Positions 20,960 through 30,636 of a stretch of DNA of 59,527 bases are shown here, piece after piece (position 1 is the stretch's first letter; every line of letters begins with the position of its first letter). This DNA comes from Chitinophagia bacterium (lineage in GTDB: Bacteria; Bacteroidota; Bacteroidia; Chitinophagales; Saprospiraceae). A model generated the notes under the pieces. The model made no database searches. It worked only from the letters and a program-made list of their open reading frames with translations, and had not been told where the DNA came from. Made by a program: the position numbers and the translations under genes. The stretch spans positions 1-59,527 of the forward strand of contig RFSX01000001.1 of NCBI GenBank assembly GCA_009923745.1. Reading direction: 5' to 3'.

Positions 20960-22017
20960 GCCTCAACCATTTTATCCGCGTTTTCTGCGACCTGAAGTTT
21001 TTCGATGATCTCATCAATCTGACCGTCCATTATCTTTTCAAGACTATACAGTGTCAGATTAATTCTATGGTCTGTAACCCTGTTTTGTGGGTAGTTATAG
21101 GTTCTTATTTTATCAGACCTGTCCCCGGTACCTACAAGGCTTTGTCTTTTTTGCTTTTGTTCAGCGGCTGCTTTCTCACGCTGCGCATCTTTAATTCTCT
21201 GATAAAGCTTTTGGAGGGCTATTTCTCTGTTTTTATGCTGGGACCTGGAATCTGTACTCTCGGATACAATGCCTGTAGGGATGTGTGTGAACCGAACACC
21301 GGATTCTGTTTTGTTAACGTGCTGTCCCCCTGCGCCACTGGACCTGAACGTGTCTACCTTTAAATCATCTTTTCGGATATCGATATCTTCCAGTTCGAAT
21401 TTTGGCATAACGACAACAGTCGCCGCAGAGGTATGCACGCGACCCTGAGACTCTGTCTTTGGAACGCGTTGTACCCTGTGTGCTCCGGACTCAAACTTCA
21501 TTTTACCATAGACATCATCCCCATACACTTCAAATACGACCTTATTGTACCCGCCAGCAGTACCCTCATTGATGGAGAGAATTTCTGTCTTCCACTTCTG
21601 TGATTCAAAAAACTTACTGTACATCCTGAAAAGATCACCGGCAAATATACTGGCTTCATCTCCTCCGGTTCCCGATCGTATTTCAATGACTACGTCCAGG
21701 CAGTCATCTGGGTCTTTCGGTATGAGGAGAATCGTAAGCTCTTTCTCCATCTTTTCTTGCTGTGGTTCCAGTTCCTCCAACTCTTCCTTTGCCATTGCCT
21801 GCATATCGGGGTCCGGATCTTTCACCATGCTTCGAGCACTTTCAATAGATTCCAGTGTGTGCTTGTACTTTTTGTAGGCTTCAACAATCTCCTCCAGGCT
21901 CTTGTATTCCTTATTGAGCTTGGAAAAACGCTTCATATCGCTGATCACTTCCGGATCAGAAAGTTTTTCTTGAATACTGAGATAATGATTATAAATGGAT
22001 TCTAGTTTTTCTAGCAT
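20956..22017 (-). CDS. prfA: peptide chain release factor 1
   Basis: GGQHVNKT motif and RVQRVPKTESQGRVHTS (PxT-type RF1 tripeptide region). Confidence 0.97.
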   Translation of the reverse strand: MLEKLESIYNHYLSIQEKLSDPEVISDMKRFSKLNKEYKSLEEIVEAYKKYKHTLESIESARSMVKDPDPDMQAMAKEELEELEPQQEKMEKELTILLIPKDPDDCLDVVIEIRSGTGGDEASIFAGDLFRMYSKFFESQKWKTEILSINEGTAGGYNKVVFEVYGDDVYGKMKFESGAHRVQRVPKTESQGRVHTSAATVVVMPKFELEDIDIRKDDLKVDTFRSSGAGGQHVNKTESGVRFTHIPTGIVSESTDSRSQHKNREIALQKLYQRIKDAQREKAAAEQKQKRQSLVGTGDRSDKIRTYNYPQNRVTDHRINLTLYSLEKIMDGQIDEIIEKLQVAENADKMVEA

Positions 22018-22081
22018 GGCAAGAGTTTAGGCACGTATAGTGCGCTTGAAAATAATTATGAATTAATAATGTGAAGAAAAG

Positions 22082-22318
22082 CTAGATGCGAATCTTGTTC
22101 ATTATGTTTTGGATAAGATCTGATGAGACATCGGGACGCTTGACCTTGTCTTTTATGAACGCTCGGAAGTTTTTTTCCTTGTTGAAAATCTTCGAACATT
22201 TTGGATCCTGATTCACCTGCTCCAGCAACTCGTTTCTCTCCCTCTCTCCCAGGGCATTGTCAAAGTATAGTGTTACCCTTTTTTGAATCTCATCCATGTT
22301 GTTGTGAAGATTTCCCAT
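22082..22318 (-). CDS. short soluble anti-sigma-factor-like protein (degenerate zf-HC2 pattern, no TM)
   Basis: It sits 58 bp downstream of the ECF sigma gene. ..VTLYFDNALGERERNELLEQVNQDPKCSKIF.. resembles the YLDGEL..ER..VE.HL..C..C anti-sigma N-terminal pattern but keeps only one Cys. Confidence 0.4.
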   Translation of the reverse strand: MGNLHNNMDEIQKRVTLYFDNALGERERNELLEQVNQDPKCSKIFNKEKNFRAFIKDKVKRPDVSSDLIQNIMNKIRI

Positions 22319-22376
22319 GTTTGTCTTTTTTTAAAACATATTTTGGTAAAATAAGTGTCAAATAGCGGTTCAAATC

Positions 22377-22982
22377 TTATTCTTGTTCAGATCCGAACTT
22401 GCTGGTCCGGTCCGTCTTATTCTGGCTTCTTTTGTCCTTATATCCCCTTGACTCTGCGTAGGATTTCAATTTCTCCTTAAGCATATTTCTAGCCCTGAAA
22501 AGTCTTGAGCGGACGGTGCCAATGGGAACATCAATAATCTTGGAAATTTCTTCATATGTAAATCCCTCCACATCACACAGAAGGACCACAGTTCTGAAAT
22601 CGATAGGTAACGAATTGATCGCATTTGTCACCTCATCGCCCATCATATTGGAAAACAACTCCTCTCTTAGATCAAGGTATCCCTGACCAAGGTTTTCGTC
22701 GGTGTCGTGGTAGTTGATAACATCTTCGAAATCAACTCTGGTCGGTTGCTTACTCCGCTTTCTGTAGTGGTTTATGTAAGCGTTTTTTAAGATTTTAAAC
22801 AACCAAGCTTTCGCATTAGTTCCTTGAATGTAACGATCTATAAACCTATGGGCTTTCATATAGGTTTCCTGAACCAAATCATTGGCCTCTTCATCGTCAT
22901 AAGTCAGGTGAAAGGCAAAGGTTTTAAGGGCGTTTATATGGGGTAACAACTCCTTTTCAAATATGTCATGTTCCTCGGACAC
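22377..22982 (-). CDS. ECF-type RNA polymerase sigma-70 family factor
   Basis: Region 2 (..DLVQETYMKAHRFIDRY...AWLFKILKNAYINHYRK) and region 4 HTH (..FTYEEISKIIDVPIGTVRSRLFRARNMLK). GTG start. Confidence 0.9.
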   Translation of the reverse strand: MSEEHDIFEKELLPHINALKTFAFHLTYDDEEANDLVQETYMKAHRFIDRYIQGTNAKAWLFKILKNAYINHYRKRSKQPTRVDFEDVINYHDTDENLGQGYLDLREELFSNMMGDEVTNAINSLPIDFRTVVLLCDVEGFTYEEISKIIDVPIGTVRSRLFRARNMLKEKLKSYAESRGYKDKRSQNKTDRTSKFGSEQE

Positions 22983-23030
22983 GCGTTGATTTAGATGAGA
23001 TACAAACTTAGCAAAAATTAATGTACCGCT

Positions 23031-23669
23031 TCAGCGAACAGCTATGATTGATTGGTCGCTGATTACGAAGACCTGATCCGATGCCTTCGCCTTTATTATA
23101 TGCAAGCCTGTAAAACTTCCAAATGCCGGCAATACGGCAGCGTCTGACATAAAATGAAAACACGGCAACCTGAGGCTTTGTCTTCCCACACCACTCATTA
23201 TGACCCCAGGGTGTATATGTCCATATATGTTGTATGCCTCGAAGTTCTCCAGCGGATGGTGTGAAAATATGAAGGGTCCTTCACGGTGGGTTTCGCCATG
23301 CAGAAGAAGGTTTGCATGTTGATAGGCCGAGTCCGGTAAAATATCATGATTTCCATGAACGAGTTCAAATCCTACCTCCTGAAAATCTTTCAGAAATCGC
23401 ACAAAACGATCCCACTCAGAATTGAGTCTGCTGTGGAAGAGATCCCCCAGAATGAGTACACGCTTGACACCTCTATTCAAAATCAGACTTGATAATCTTT
23501 CATAATTTTCCAATTCTGCCTGCCGGGGTATGGGCATTCCAGATTTCCTGAAGTGCGTTATCTTACCCAGATGCACGTCGGCAATAATCAAAGCAGACCG
23601 CTTTGACCACAATAACGCCTTCTCGGCAAGCAGCTCAAGTTCTTGTCCCTGAATAATTAAGCTCTGCAT
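23031..23669 (-). CDS. pdeM: ligase-associated DNA damage response phosphoesterase/endonuclease PdeM (calcineurin-like metallophosphoesterase)
   Basis: ADVHLGK, LGDLFHS, HGNHD and GHIHPG motifs at about 210 aa, which is the characteristic PdeM layout. Confidence 0.8.
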   Translation of the reverse strand: MQSLIIQGQELELLAEKALLWSKRSALIIADVHLGKITHFRKSGMPIPRQAELENYERLSSLILNRGVKRVLILGDLFHSRLNSEWDRFVRFLKDFQEVGFELVHGNHDILPDSAYQHANLLLHGETHREGPFIFSHHPLENFEAYNIYGHIHPGVIMSGVGRQSLRLPCFHFMSDAAVLPAFGSFTGLHIIKAKASDQVFVISDQSIIAVR

Positions 23670-23789
23670 AGCTTTCGTAAAAATACTCCCCTTGCAATTA
23701 TATCAATCCCGGCAAAGGAAATATTTTATAAAACAGATTAATTCTGCATTCTGATTAAAATTTGATTAGAAAAAAAATATTACACACCT

Positions 23790-23797
23790 TACTTTTG
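23790..23797 (+). promoter_or_regulatory. candidate -7 box, TACTTTTG, for yebC
   Basis: TAnnTTTG match 19 nt upstream of the ATG at 23816. A TTTG lies at 23761-23764, but the 25-nt spacing is long. Confidence 0.3.
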
Positions 23798-23815
23798 TTA
23801 GATAAAATTCTAGCT

Positions 23816-24538
23816 ATGGGACGTGCCTTTGAATATAGAAAAGCGACAAAATTTGCAAGATGGGATAAAATGGCGAAGCAATTCTCAAAAGCGAGCCGAC
23901 ACATCACTATTGCGGTCAAGCAAGGTGGACCCGATCCTGATACCAATGTGCTTCTTCGACGAGCCATCCAGAATGCCAAGGCAGTGCAAATGCCAAAAGA
24001 TAAGGTCGAGAATGCGATCAAAAAGGCCCTTGACAAAGACACCTCCAACTATGACGAAATCGTCTACGAAGGTATGGCACCACATGGCGTAGCTGTTGTC
24101 GTGGAAACAGCTACCGACAACTCCCAAAGGACAGTTGCAAATGTCAGGTCTTATTTCAGAAAAAAAGGTGGATCGCTGGGCACCCAGGGCATGCATGACT
24201 TCCTTTTTGACCGTAAAGGCGTTTTTTATATCCTTAAACAGGATGTTGAAGATGTTGAAGAACTGGAACTCAACCTGATCGACCATGGACTTGAAGAAGT
24301 GGAGGAAGATACCATAGAGGAAAAGGACTTTTACAAGGTTTATGTGGCCTTTGAAGATTTTGGTTCTATGCAGGAAGCATTGGAGAATCAAAAGATCAAT
24401 GTCGAAAAATCGGAGTTGGAAAGAATACCAAAAATAACAAAGGAGCTTTCCGACCAACAGATAGATGAAGTCCTCGAGCTGGTAGATCTTCTTGAACAGG
24501 ATGATGACGTGTCCAGTGTATACGTCAACCTTGCCTAG
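23816..24538 (+). CDS. yebC: YebC/PmpR family DNA-binding regulator / translation factor
   Basis: MGRAFEYRKATKFARWDKMAKQFSK... is the canonical family N-terminus, so I use ATG 23816 rather than the tracked 23762. Confidence 0.92.
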   Translation: MGRAFEYRKATKFARWDKMAKQFSKASRHITIAVKQGGPDPDTNVLLRRAIQNAKAVQMPKDKVENAIKKALDKDTSNYDEIVYEGMAPHGVAVVVETATDNSQRTVANVRSYFRKKGGSLGTQGMHDFLFDRKGVFYILKQDVEDVEELELNLIDHGLEEVEEDTIEEKDFYKVYVAFEDFGSMQEALENQKINVEKSELERIPKITKELSDQQIDEVLELVDLLEQDDDVSSVYVNLA

Positions 24539-24609
24539 TCTTGGATTTTGTCGCCAATAATTGTATTTTAATAGTAGCCACATAATTTGATTATGGCTAT
24601 ATTAAAGCC

Positions 24610-26610
24610 ATGAAATACATCATTTTTGTCCTTAGTTTTTGCACTCTTGCATTTAATAGCCTGTCTGCCCAATCCATCTTTATCGATCTGGTCAACAACG
24701 ACTGTCCTGAACCCGATATTTTAACAGTCTGCCTGGGAGACAACGACAGCTATACAGGCCAATACAGGTATAAGACATACGACCATTTTTGTGGTGAAGA
24801 AATAACCGGCACCACACGCATTTATCGCAACCAACAAGGAGAGTATTTCTTTGATGATTTCAGCTTTGGCACATGGCCATCATGCTATGGTATTGACGGA
24901 CCAACAGGAACTTTGAGATTTAATGTTAATTGCAGCTCCATCCTTGGAATAAGTGGTACAGATAACTACGGTGATGTGTGGGGAACAGAGGATGTTTCCT
25001 ATTCAGACACTTCTTTTATTATTAAGTGGTTTAACTCATATCCCGAGTTTGGAACGACAGAACTTATTCCTCTTGACGGAAGACCGATTGGCGAGCCGGG
25101 TGCTGACCTTGGCTCTGATTATAGCATTAAATGGAGTACCGGAGATACCAGTCAATCCATATTTGTCATTGAGCCTGGCAGATACGCCGTTGATGTAACA
25201 AGCTCAACGGGGGATGTTTTTTCGGACTTTATTGTTGTTCCGGAAGATGCCTCAGCATTCGATCCCCTTTGCAATGGCGAGATAATAGAAGTTTCTTACT
25301 TCCTGGATAAAAATGCCAATGCCGTCTTAGATGGCGATGAAACACTCATACCTACTGGAGAAAAATATATACAATTAAGCCCCCTGCCTATACATCAAGG
25401 AAATGAAAAGCAGTTTCATGAAAGGTATGTCGTAGAACCCGGGAGATACCGCTTTATTGGTCTTCACCAGAACCTGGCGATGAGTAATCCCAATTTATTT
25501 GTTGATGTCTTTCCCAATGCCGGGATTGTACCGGCTGCCATCGGCCTCGTTCCGGATAATCTCGTTAGCCTCGCGGACGTACATATCAGCTCTTTAAATC
25601 CCGAACGATGCAACCGGGTCGTTCCTTTTAGAATCACCATAAAGAATACAGGCACCACTCCATATGATGATCAGGTCACCATATATAAAGACCCGCTGAT
25701 GAGCTTTGTGTCTGCTGGTCCGGAGCCTTCTGATGTGAGTGAATACCATATAGCCTGGGATGTGTCCCTCGCAGAGCATGGTGATAAAGAAACAATATCG
25801 CTACTTCTTAAAATGCCCGGAGGAGAATACACCGGAGAACTTTTCTGCTTGAGTCCATCAAGTGGAAACAACCTCAAATCCTATTCGGATTACTGTTTTC
25901 CTTTACGTTGCGCCTATGACCCAAATGACAAACATGGCACACCATTCAGGGGGGATCGCAACCTCTGTTTGTTTGAAGAAGAACTCAAGTACACCATTCG
26001 ATTTGAAAACCTGGGTAACGACACCGCTTTTGATGTCCGTATCGAAGATCGATTGCATGAGGGTTTCGATATTTCCAGTTACAAACTTCTACAGTCTTCA
26101 CACGAGGTGACCAGGCATTATATTGACATGAACAGGGTCCTTCATATCTATTTTGACAATATTATGCTTCCTTCAAAAGAACAGGACACTATTGCCAACA
26201 AAGGCTTTGTTCAGTTTGAAATAAAAACGGAAGAAACTCTTCCGGAGGAATCAGATATTAACAACACGGCAAGAATTTATTTTGACTTTAACGATCCGGT
26301 CGTCACCAATCAGACAGTCCATACCTTTGTGACTGAATTCCCTACAACATCAACAAAAGAACTGCTAGGTGAATATATGCTGACCCTGTGGCCGAACCCT
26401 TCCAATGATATTTTGAACCTGCGTTCTTTGAATTCCGGTTTCAGTCCAGACAGCTATCAAATTATTGATCCGCGAGGCAGGACCATTTCTTCAGGAAAAA
26501 TATTGAAAGGAGCTGTATCCCTGCAGCAACTGGAAGCGGGATATTATTTCATCAGGGTGATTGATGTAGGTGGGCTTGAATCCACCATTGCCGGTTTTAT
26601 AAAGCTGTAA
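24610..26610 (+). CDS. secreted T9SS cargo protein of unknown function (type A C-terminal sorting domain)
   Basis: Signal peptide MKYIIFVLSFCTLAFNSLSAQ. Internal CAYDPNDKHG motif. C-terminus ..LTLWPNPSNDILNLRS...GYYFIRVIDVGG...IKL matches the Por secretion tail. Confidence 0.8.
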   Translation: MKYIIFVLSFCTLAFNSLSAQSIFIDLVNNDCPEPDILTVCLGDNDSYTGQYRYKTYDHFCGEEITGTTRIYRNQQGEYFFDDFSFGTWPSCYGIDGPTGTLRFNVNCSSILGISGTDNYGDVWGTEDVSYSDTSFIIKWFNSYPEFGTTELIPLDGRPIGEPGADLGSDYSIKWSTGDTSQSIFVIEPGRYAVDVTSSTGDVFSDFIVVPEDASAFDPLCNGEIIEVSYFLDKNANAVLDGDETLIPTGEKYIQLSPLPIHQGNEKQFHERYVVEPGRYRFIGLHQNLAMSNPNLFVDVFPNAGIVPAAIGLVPDNLVSLADVHISSLNPERCNRVVPFRITIKNTGTTPYDDQVTIYKDPLMSFVSAGPEPSDVSEYHIAWDVSLAEHGDKETISLLLKMPGGEYTGELFCLSPSSGNNLKSYSDYCFPLRCAYDPNDKHGTPFRGDRNLCLFEEELKYTIRFENLGNDTAFDVRIEDRLHEGFDISSYKLLQSSHEVTRHYIDMNRVLHIYFDNIMLPSKEQDTIANKGFVQFEIKTEETLPEESDINNTARIYFDFNDPVVTNQTVHTFVTEFPTTSTKELLGEYMLTLWPNPSNDILNLRSLNSGFSPDSYQIIDPRGRTISSGKILKGAVSLQQLEAGYYFIRVIDVGGLESTIAGFIKL

Positions 26611-29055
26611 TTATTTTTCATACTGGATAGTCATTTTTCGAATACGATCCTCGAGTTTTTCGCTGCTCATTTTTTCCCGCAGACGATCTACTATGATTGG
26701 AAAAGCAAACGGTGTTGGCTTAGCTGGTCGTTTAAACATAAACTTCTGGCCCTGGATGCGTTTTAATGCTCGGCGCATTCTCGCCTCTTCCAACTGGAAA
26801 GTCATTACCTCCTCGTAAGTTTGCAAATACAACAAGTTTCCCGGCTCATAGTCCTTGAATACTTCAAATAATAATGATGAGGAAGCCTGCAGGTGTCTGT
26901 CTTTTTTCGCCTTTCCGGGAAAGCCCTGAAAAATAAGTCCAGATATGCGGCAAATATCCCTGAACCTGCGACGGGCCAATTCTGTGGCATTGAGACTCGC
27001 TTGAATGTCCGTGGCTAAATTGGAGGCATTAAACAGATCCTTTGTAATAATTTCTTCCGGTATTATCTCCTGGTCGGATAACAGTTCGAAGCCATAATCA
27101 TTCATAGCTATCGAAAAACTTATTGGCATCTCCGAAGATATTCTTTGAGCCAACAAAGCCCCCATTCCTTCATGTACATAGCGGCCCTCAAAAGGATACA
27201 TCAACAAATGATAGCCTTCACGGCTTTTGAAATATTCAATCAAGAACTCATCCTGAGCCGGCAAATATGATTTTCGCCTTTGCATTTCGAGAAGAGGTTG
27301 CAGGCGTGATAATTCCTCGTCATCATAACGGTCATTCCCGTAGTCATAAAGTTTTTGCCTGAGCACTTCGGACATTTCAGAGCTTAGAGGAACCCGGCCA
27401 CCAAGATAAGATGGTATACGCCTTGTCTTTTTCTTGCTGTTCCGGACCAGGACATTCATATCCTTTATCATGACCAACTCAAGTGCCCTACCTGCAAACC
27501 AAAAACTGTCCCCTACATTGAGGTGACTTACAAACCACTCTTCAACCGAACCTATTCGCCCCCCTTTGAGATACTTGATATTGAGCATGGCCTCGCTTGT
27601 AATTGTGCCTATGCTCATTCGGTGCCTTTGCGCTATCCTTCTGTCTATTACTTTGTAGATGTCATCCTCGAAGACAACTTTCCGGTACTCATCATAGGCA
27701 CTAAGTGACTGAGACCCATTTACCAGAAAGCTTAGAATGCTACGCCATTCTTCCTCCTGCATGCTCGCAAAACAGTGTGTGGATTTGACTTCCTTGTAAA
27801 TAATATCCTCTTTGAAACCTTCAGAAGTGGCAAGAGTCATTAAATATTGAACGAGTACGTCCCAAGAGCGTATATAAGGAATACGTAATTCTATATTGTT
27901 GATCTTAACCGCCTCTCTTAGCGCTGCCGCTTCTACCAACTCCAGCGCGTGGGTAGGTAGAAAATAAATTCTACTCAAGGCCCCTGGCTCATGACCACTT
28001 CTTCCCGCACGCTGCATGAATCGAGCAACACTTTTAGGACTGCCTACCTGGATGATGGTTTCTACTGGTCTGAAATCAACACCAAGGTCAAGACTTGATG
28101 TAGCCACAACCAGTTTCAATCTGCCATCATAGAGGGCATCCTCAACCCAGTCACGTAATTCCCTGCTTATTGAGCCATGATGCATGGCCATGTTTCCCGC
28201 CAATTCAGGCATAAGCTCCAAAAGGCGTTGATACCAGATTTCAGATTGTGCCCTCGTATTGGTGAATATCAGTGTTGTTTTGCTCTCCTTAATAATTGGA
28301 ATCAGCTTATCGGCAAGCTTGAGTCCAAGGTGTCCCGACCAAGAGTAGGACTCCACATCATCAGGAAACACCGAAAGCACATCCATCTTTTTCAAAATTC
28401 CTGCTTTAATCAGTACAGCATTCAAGCTGTAATCGGGGCCAAGGAGCACATCGACAGCTTCCTCCAGATTCCCTATCGTCGCTGAAATGCCCCAGACCTT
28501 AATATCTTCATTAAGCGTTCTTAGTCTTGATATCGTAAGCTCACATTGGACACCCCGTTTTGAACCCATCAATTCATGCCATTCATCAAAAATGATCGCA
28601 TCAACATTCCTATAAAATTTTGAGTAATTCCTCGTGGCTAGAATGACATGAAGACTTTCAGGGGTTGTTATCAATACTTCGGGTGGGTTCTGAAACTGTC
28701 TTTTGCGTTGAGCAGAACTCGTATCACCACTTCGGACATCCACTCTCCAGTCAATGCCTAATGCCTCTAGTGCTCTTTCTGTAGAAATCTTAATTTCTTT
28801 TGTTAACGCCCGGATCGGACTGACCCAAATAATCCTGGGTCCTTTTACTGCTTGCTTCTCATTATAACTGGTAAAGAGGGAGCCAAAAAAAAGAGCATAA
28901 GTCTTACCACTGCCTGTAGGCGCATTGACGATACCAGATTTCCCATCCAGAAAAGCGCGCCAGGTCTGTTCCTGGAATGGAAAGACTTCCCATTGCCTGG
29001 AAGCAAACCAGTCATGTGCCTTTTTCAACAATATGTTCTCCTTTCTCTTTTTCAC
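26611..29055 (-). CDS. ligase-associated DNA damage response DEXH-box helicase (Lhr-like)
   Basis: Walker A NAPTGSGKTY, DEWH box (IIFDEWHEL), helicase C motifs (..VATSSLDLGVDF..QRAGRSGH) and a long Lhr-type C-terminal region. The GTG start abuts the ligase stop. Confidence 0.9.
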   Translation of the reverse strand: MKKRKENILLKKAHDWFASRQWEVFPFQEQTWRAFLDGKSGIVNAPTGSGKTYALFFGSLFTSYNEKQAVKGPRIIWVSPIRALTKEIKISTERALEALGIDWRVDVRSGDTSSAQRKRQFQNPPEVLITTPESLHVILATRNYSKFYRNVDAIIFDEWHELMGSKRGVQCELTISRLRTLNEDIKVWGISATIGNLEEAVDVLLGPDYSLNAVLIKAGILKKMDVLSVFPDDVESYSWSGHLGLKLADKLIPIIKESKTTLIFTNTRAQSEIWYQRLLELMPELAGNMAMHHGSISRELRDWVEDALYDGRLKLVVATSSLDLGVDFRPVETIIQVGSPKSVARFMQRAGRSGHEPGALSRIYFLPTHALELVEAAALREAVKINNIELRIPYIRSWDVLVQYLMTLATSEGFKEDIIYKEVKSTHCFASMQEEEWRSILSFLVNGSQSLSAYDEYRKVVFEDDIYKVIDRRIAQRHRMSIGTITSEAMLNIKYLKGGRIGSVEEWFVSHLNVGDSFWFAGRALELVMIKDMNVLVRNSKKKTRRIPSYLGGRVPLSSEMSEVLRQKLYDYGNDRYDDEELSRLQPLLEMQRRKSYLPAQDEFLIEYFKSREGYHLLMYPFEGRYVHEGMGALLAQRISSEMPISFSIAMNDYGFELLSDQEIIPEEIITKDLFNASNLATDIQASLNATELARRRFRDICRISGLIFQGFPGKAKKDRHLQASSSLLFEVFKDYEPGNLLYLQTYEEVMTFQLEEARMRRALKRIQGQKFMFKRPAKPTPFAFPIIVDRLREKMSSEKLEDRIRKMTIQYEK

Positions 29056-30636
29056 CTATCTGATTAATGCCTTTAGGTCGTCAAGGCTGTTGATGTCCAC
29101 AGGTTTCTTATCCTTACGCCATCTTAATATTCTTGGAAAACGAACGGCTACTCCTGACTTATGTCGCTTGGATAGACCTACATTTTCAAAGGCGACTTCA
29201 AAAACCTGAACTGGAGGCACACTGCATACTGGTCCAAAACGTTCTATTGTGTTTGCTCTTACAAAGCTTGATATTTCCCTGAATTCAGAATCGGTAAGTC
29301 CTGAGTATGCCTTAGCGAATGGCACCAATGTGTCACCATCTTTCAAAGCAAAAGTGAAGTCAGTAAATAAGTTGGCTCGTCTCCCATGGCCTCTTTGAGC
29401 ATATATCATGACAGCATCTATTATCAAAGGGTCAATTTTCCATTTATACCAATCTCCTTTTTTACGTCCGGTCTTATATGGACCTGGTTTCGATTTCAAC
29501 ATCAGACCTTCGGCCTTTTTATCCCGTGCTCCGGCCCTTAATTCTTTTGCGTCATCCCATGATTTAAATTTCAAATCATGAGACATGCGAATCGGCATAT
29601 TTGAATCGAGGCTCCTATGCCAGTTTTTTAATATTTCTCTCCTTTCTGATTGTGCCTGATTGCGTAAATCATTTCCATTTAACTCCATTATATCATATAC
29701 GATCAAAGCAGCAGGATGTTCTTCAAGAATTTTTTTTCCCGGCTTTTTTCGGCCTAGCCTTTTCTGTAAATCCTGGAAATTTCGAATTGCGTCATCTTTA
29801 CAGACAATCAGTTCTCCATCGACTACAAAATCTCCTTCCTGCGATAGCAGCGATGTAAACTCTGGAAATTGGTGGGTGATTAATTCTTCACCTCTCGACC
29901 ATAGAAACAACTCGCCCTTTCTCTTTATAAGCTGTGCTCTTATCCCATCCCATTTATACTCAGCGGTCCAGTTCTCTACTGGTCCCAGGTCTTCAGGTTC
30001 TCCCTCCAAGGGATAAGCCAAATAAAAGGGGAATGGCTTTGATATAATATCTCCCGGCTCAGCATGTATCAACAATTCTTCAAAACTGGTATTATTCGGC
30101 GTCCAGTCTCCCATGAGTTTATGGGCAACACGAGCAGGGTCTTCTTTGAGATAATTGGACAAAGCTTTGACGATGGTCTTTTGAGAGACGCCCACCCTGA
30201 AGCCCCCGGTTATAATCTTATTAAATAAAAATCGTTCCGTACTATCTTGTGATTTCCATGCCTCCAGAATATACCTTTTCTTTTCTTCGTCTGCCTTATC
30301 CTTAAGTTCCGATAATTCTTCTATCCACTTATGGAGGGGCTTATCCAGCTTATGCTCTGTCGGTGGTATAAGTTTGGCTATAGTTTCAGCGAGATCACCT
30401 ACGATGTGATATGTTTCTTCAAAAAGCCATAATGGAATATCGGCATACTCGGCAGCCCATTCACGCAACAATCTCATTTGGACGGTCCTCCTTGGCCTTT
30501 TATGGCTGAAAAGCGCCATGACCCAAAGTTTGTCTCGTTGCCCAGCCTTTTCAAAATACGCAGACAGATAATCGATTTTACGGTTTGTACTGGTCGTACT
30601 ATCAATATTCAAATATAACTCGGCAAAATCTTTCAC
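29056..30636 (-). CDS. ATP-dependent DNA ligase (bacterial ligase-associated-DDR type)
   Basis: N-terminus MKDFAELYLNIDSTTSTNRKIDYL.. Adenylation motif I EYKWDGIR, ..LWSRGEE.., ..EGLMLK.., and an OB-domain C-terminus. GTG start supported by the family-typical N-terminus. Confidence 0.92.
   Translation of the reverse strand: MKDFAELYLNIDSTTSTNRKIDYLSAYFEKAGQRDKLWVMALFSHKRPRRTVQMRLLREWAAEYADIPLWLFEETYHIVGDLAETIAKLIPPTEHKLDKPLHKWIEELSELKDKADEEKKRYILEAWKSQDSTERFLFNKIITGGFRVGVSQKTIVKALSNYLKEDPARVAHKLMGDWTPNNTSFEELLIHAEPGDIISKPFPFYLAYPLEGEPEDLGPVENWTAEYKWDGIRAQLIKRKGELFLWSRGEELITHQFPEFTSLLSQEGDFVVDGELIVCKDDAIRNFQDLQKRLGRKKPGKKILEEHPAALIVYDIMELNGNDLRNQAQSERREILKNWHRSLDSNMPIRMSHDLKFKSWDDAKELRAGARDKKAEGLMLKSKPGPYKTGRKKGDWYKWKIDPLIIDAVMIYAQRGHGRRANLFTDFTFALKDGDTLVPFAKAYSGLTDSEFREISSFVRANTIERFGPVCSVPPVQVFEVAFENVGLSKRHKSGVAVRFPRILRWRKDKKPVDINSLDDLKALIR

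Noticed and set aside
23762-23815. Upstream TTG-extended start for yebC; likewise 54488-54529 for the peroxidase, 7035-7124 for rsfS and 43430-43459 for ogt
   Set aside because: In each case an internal ATG yields the family-typical N-terminus (MGRAFEYRK..., the lipobox leader MKDKLLIIFVLGLLMSAC, and so on). The extensions would overlap promoters or neighbouring genes.
23885-24583. 232-aa ORF antisense to yebC
   Set aside because: Its codons are in exact register with the yebC codons on the opposite strand, the classic shadow frame that stays open when the sense gene avoids TTA, CTA and TCA. The translation is low-complexity (F/L/I/K-rich) with no motif. yebC itself is unambiguous.
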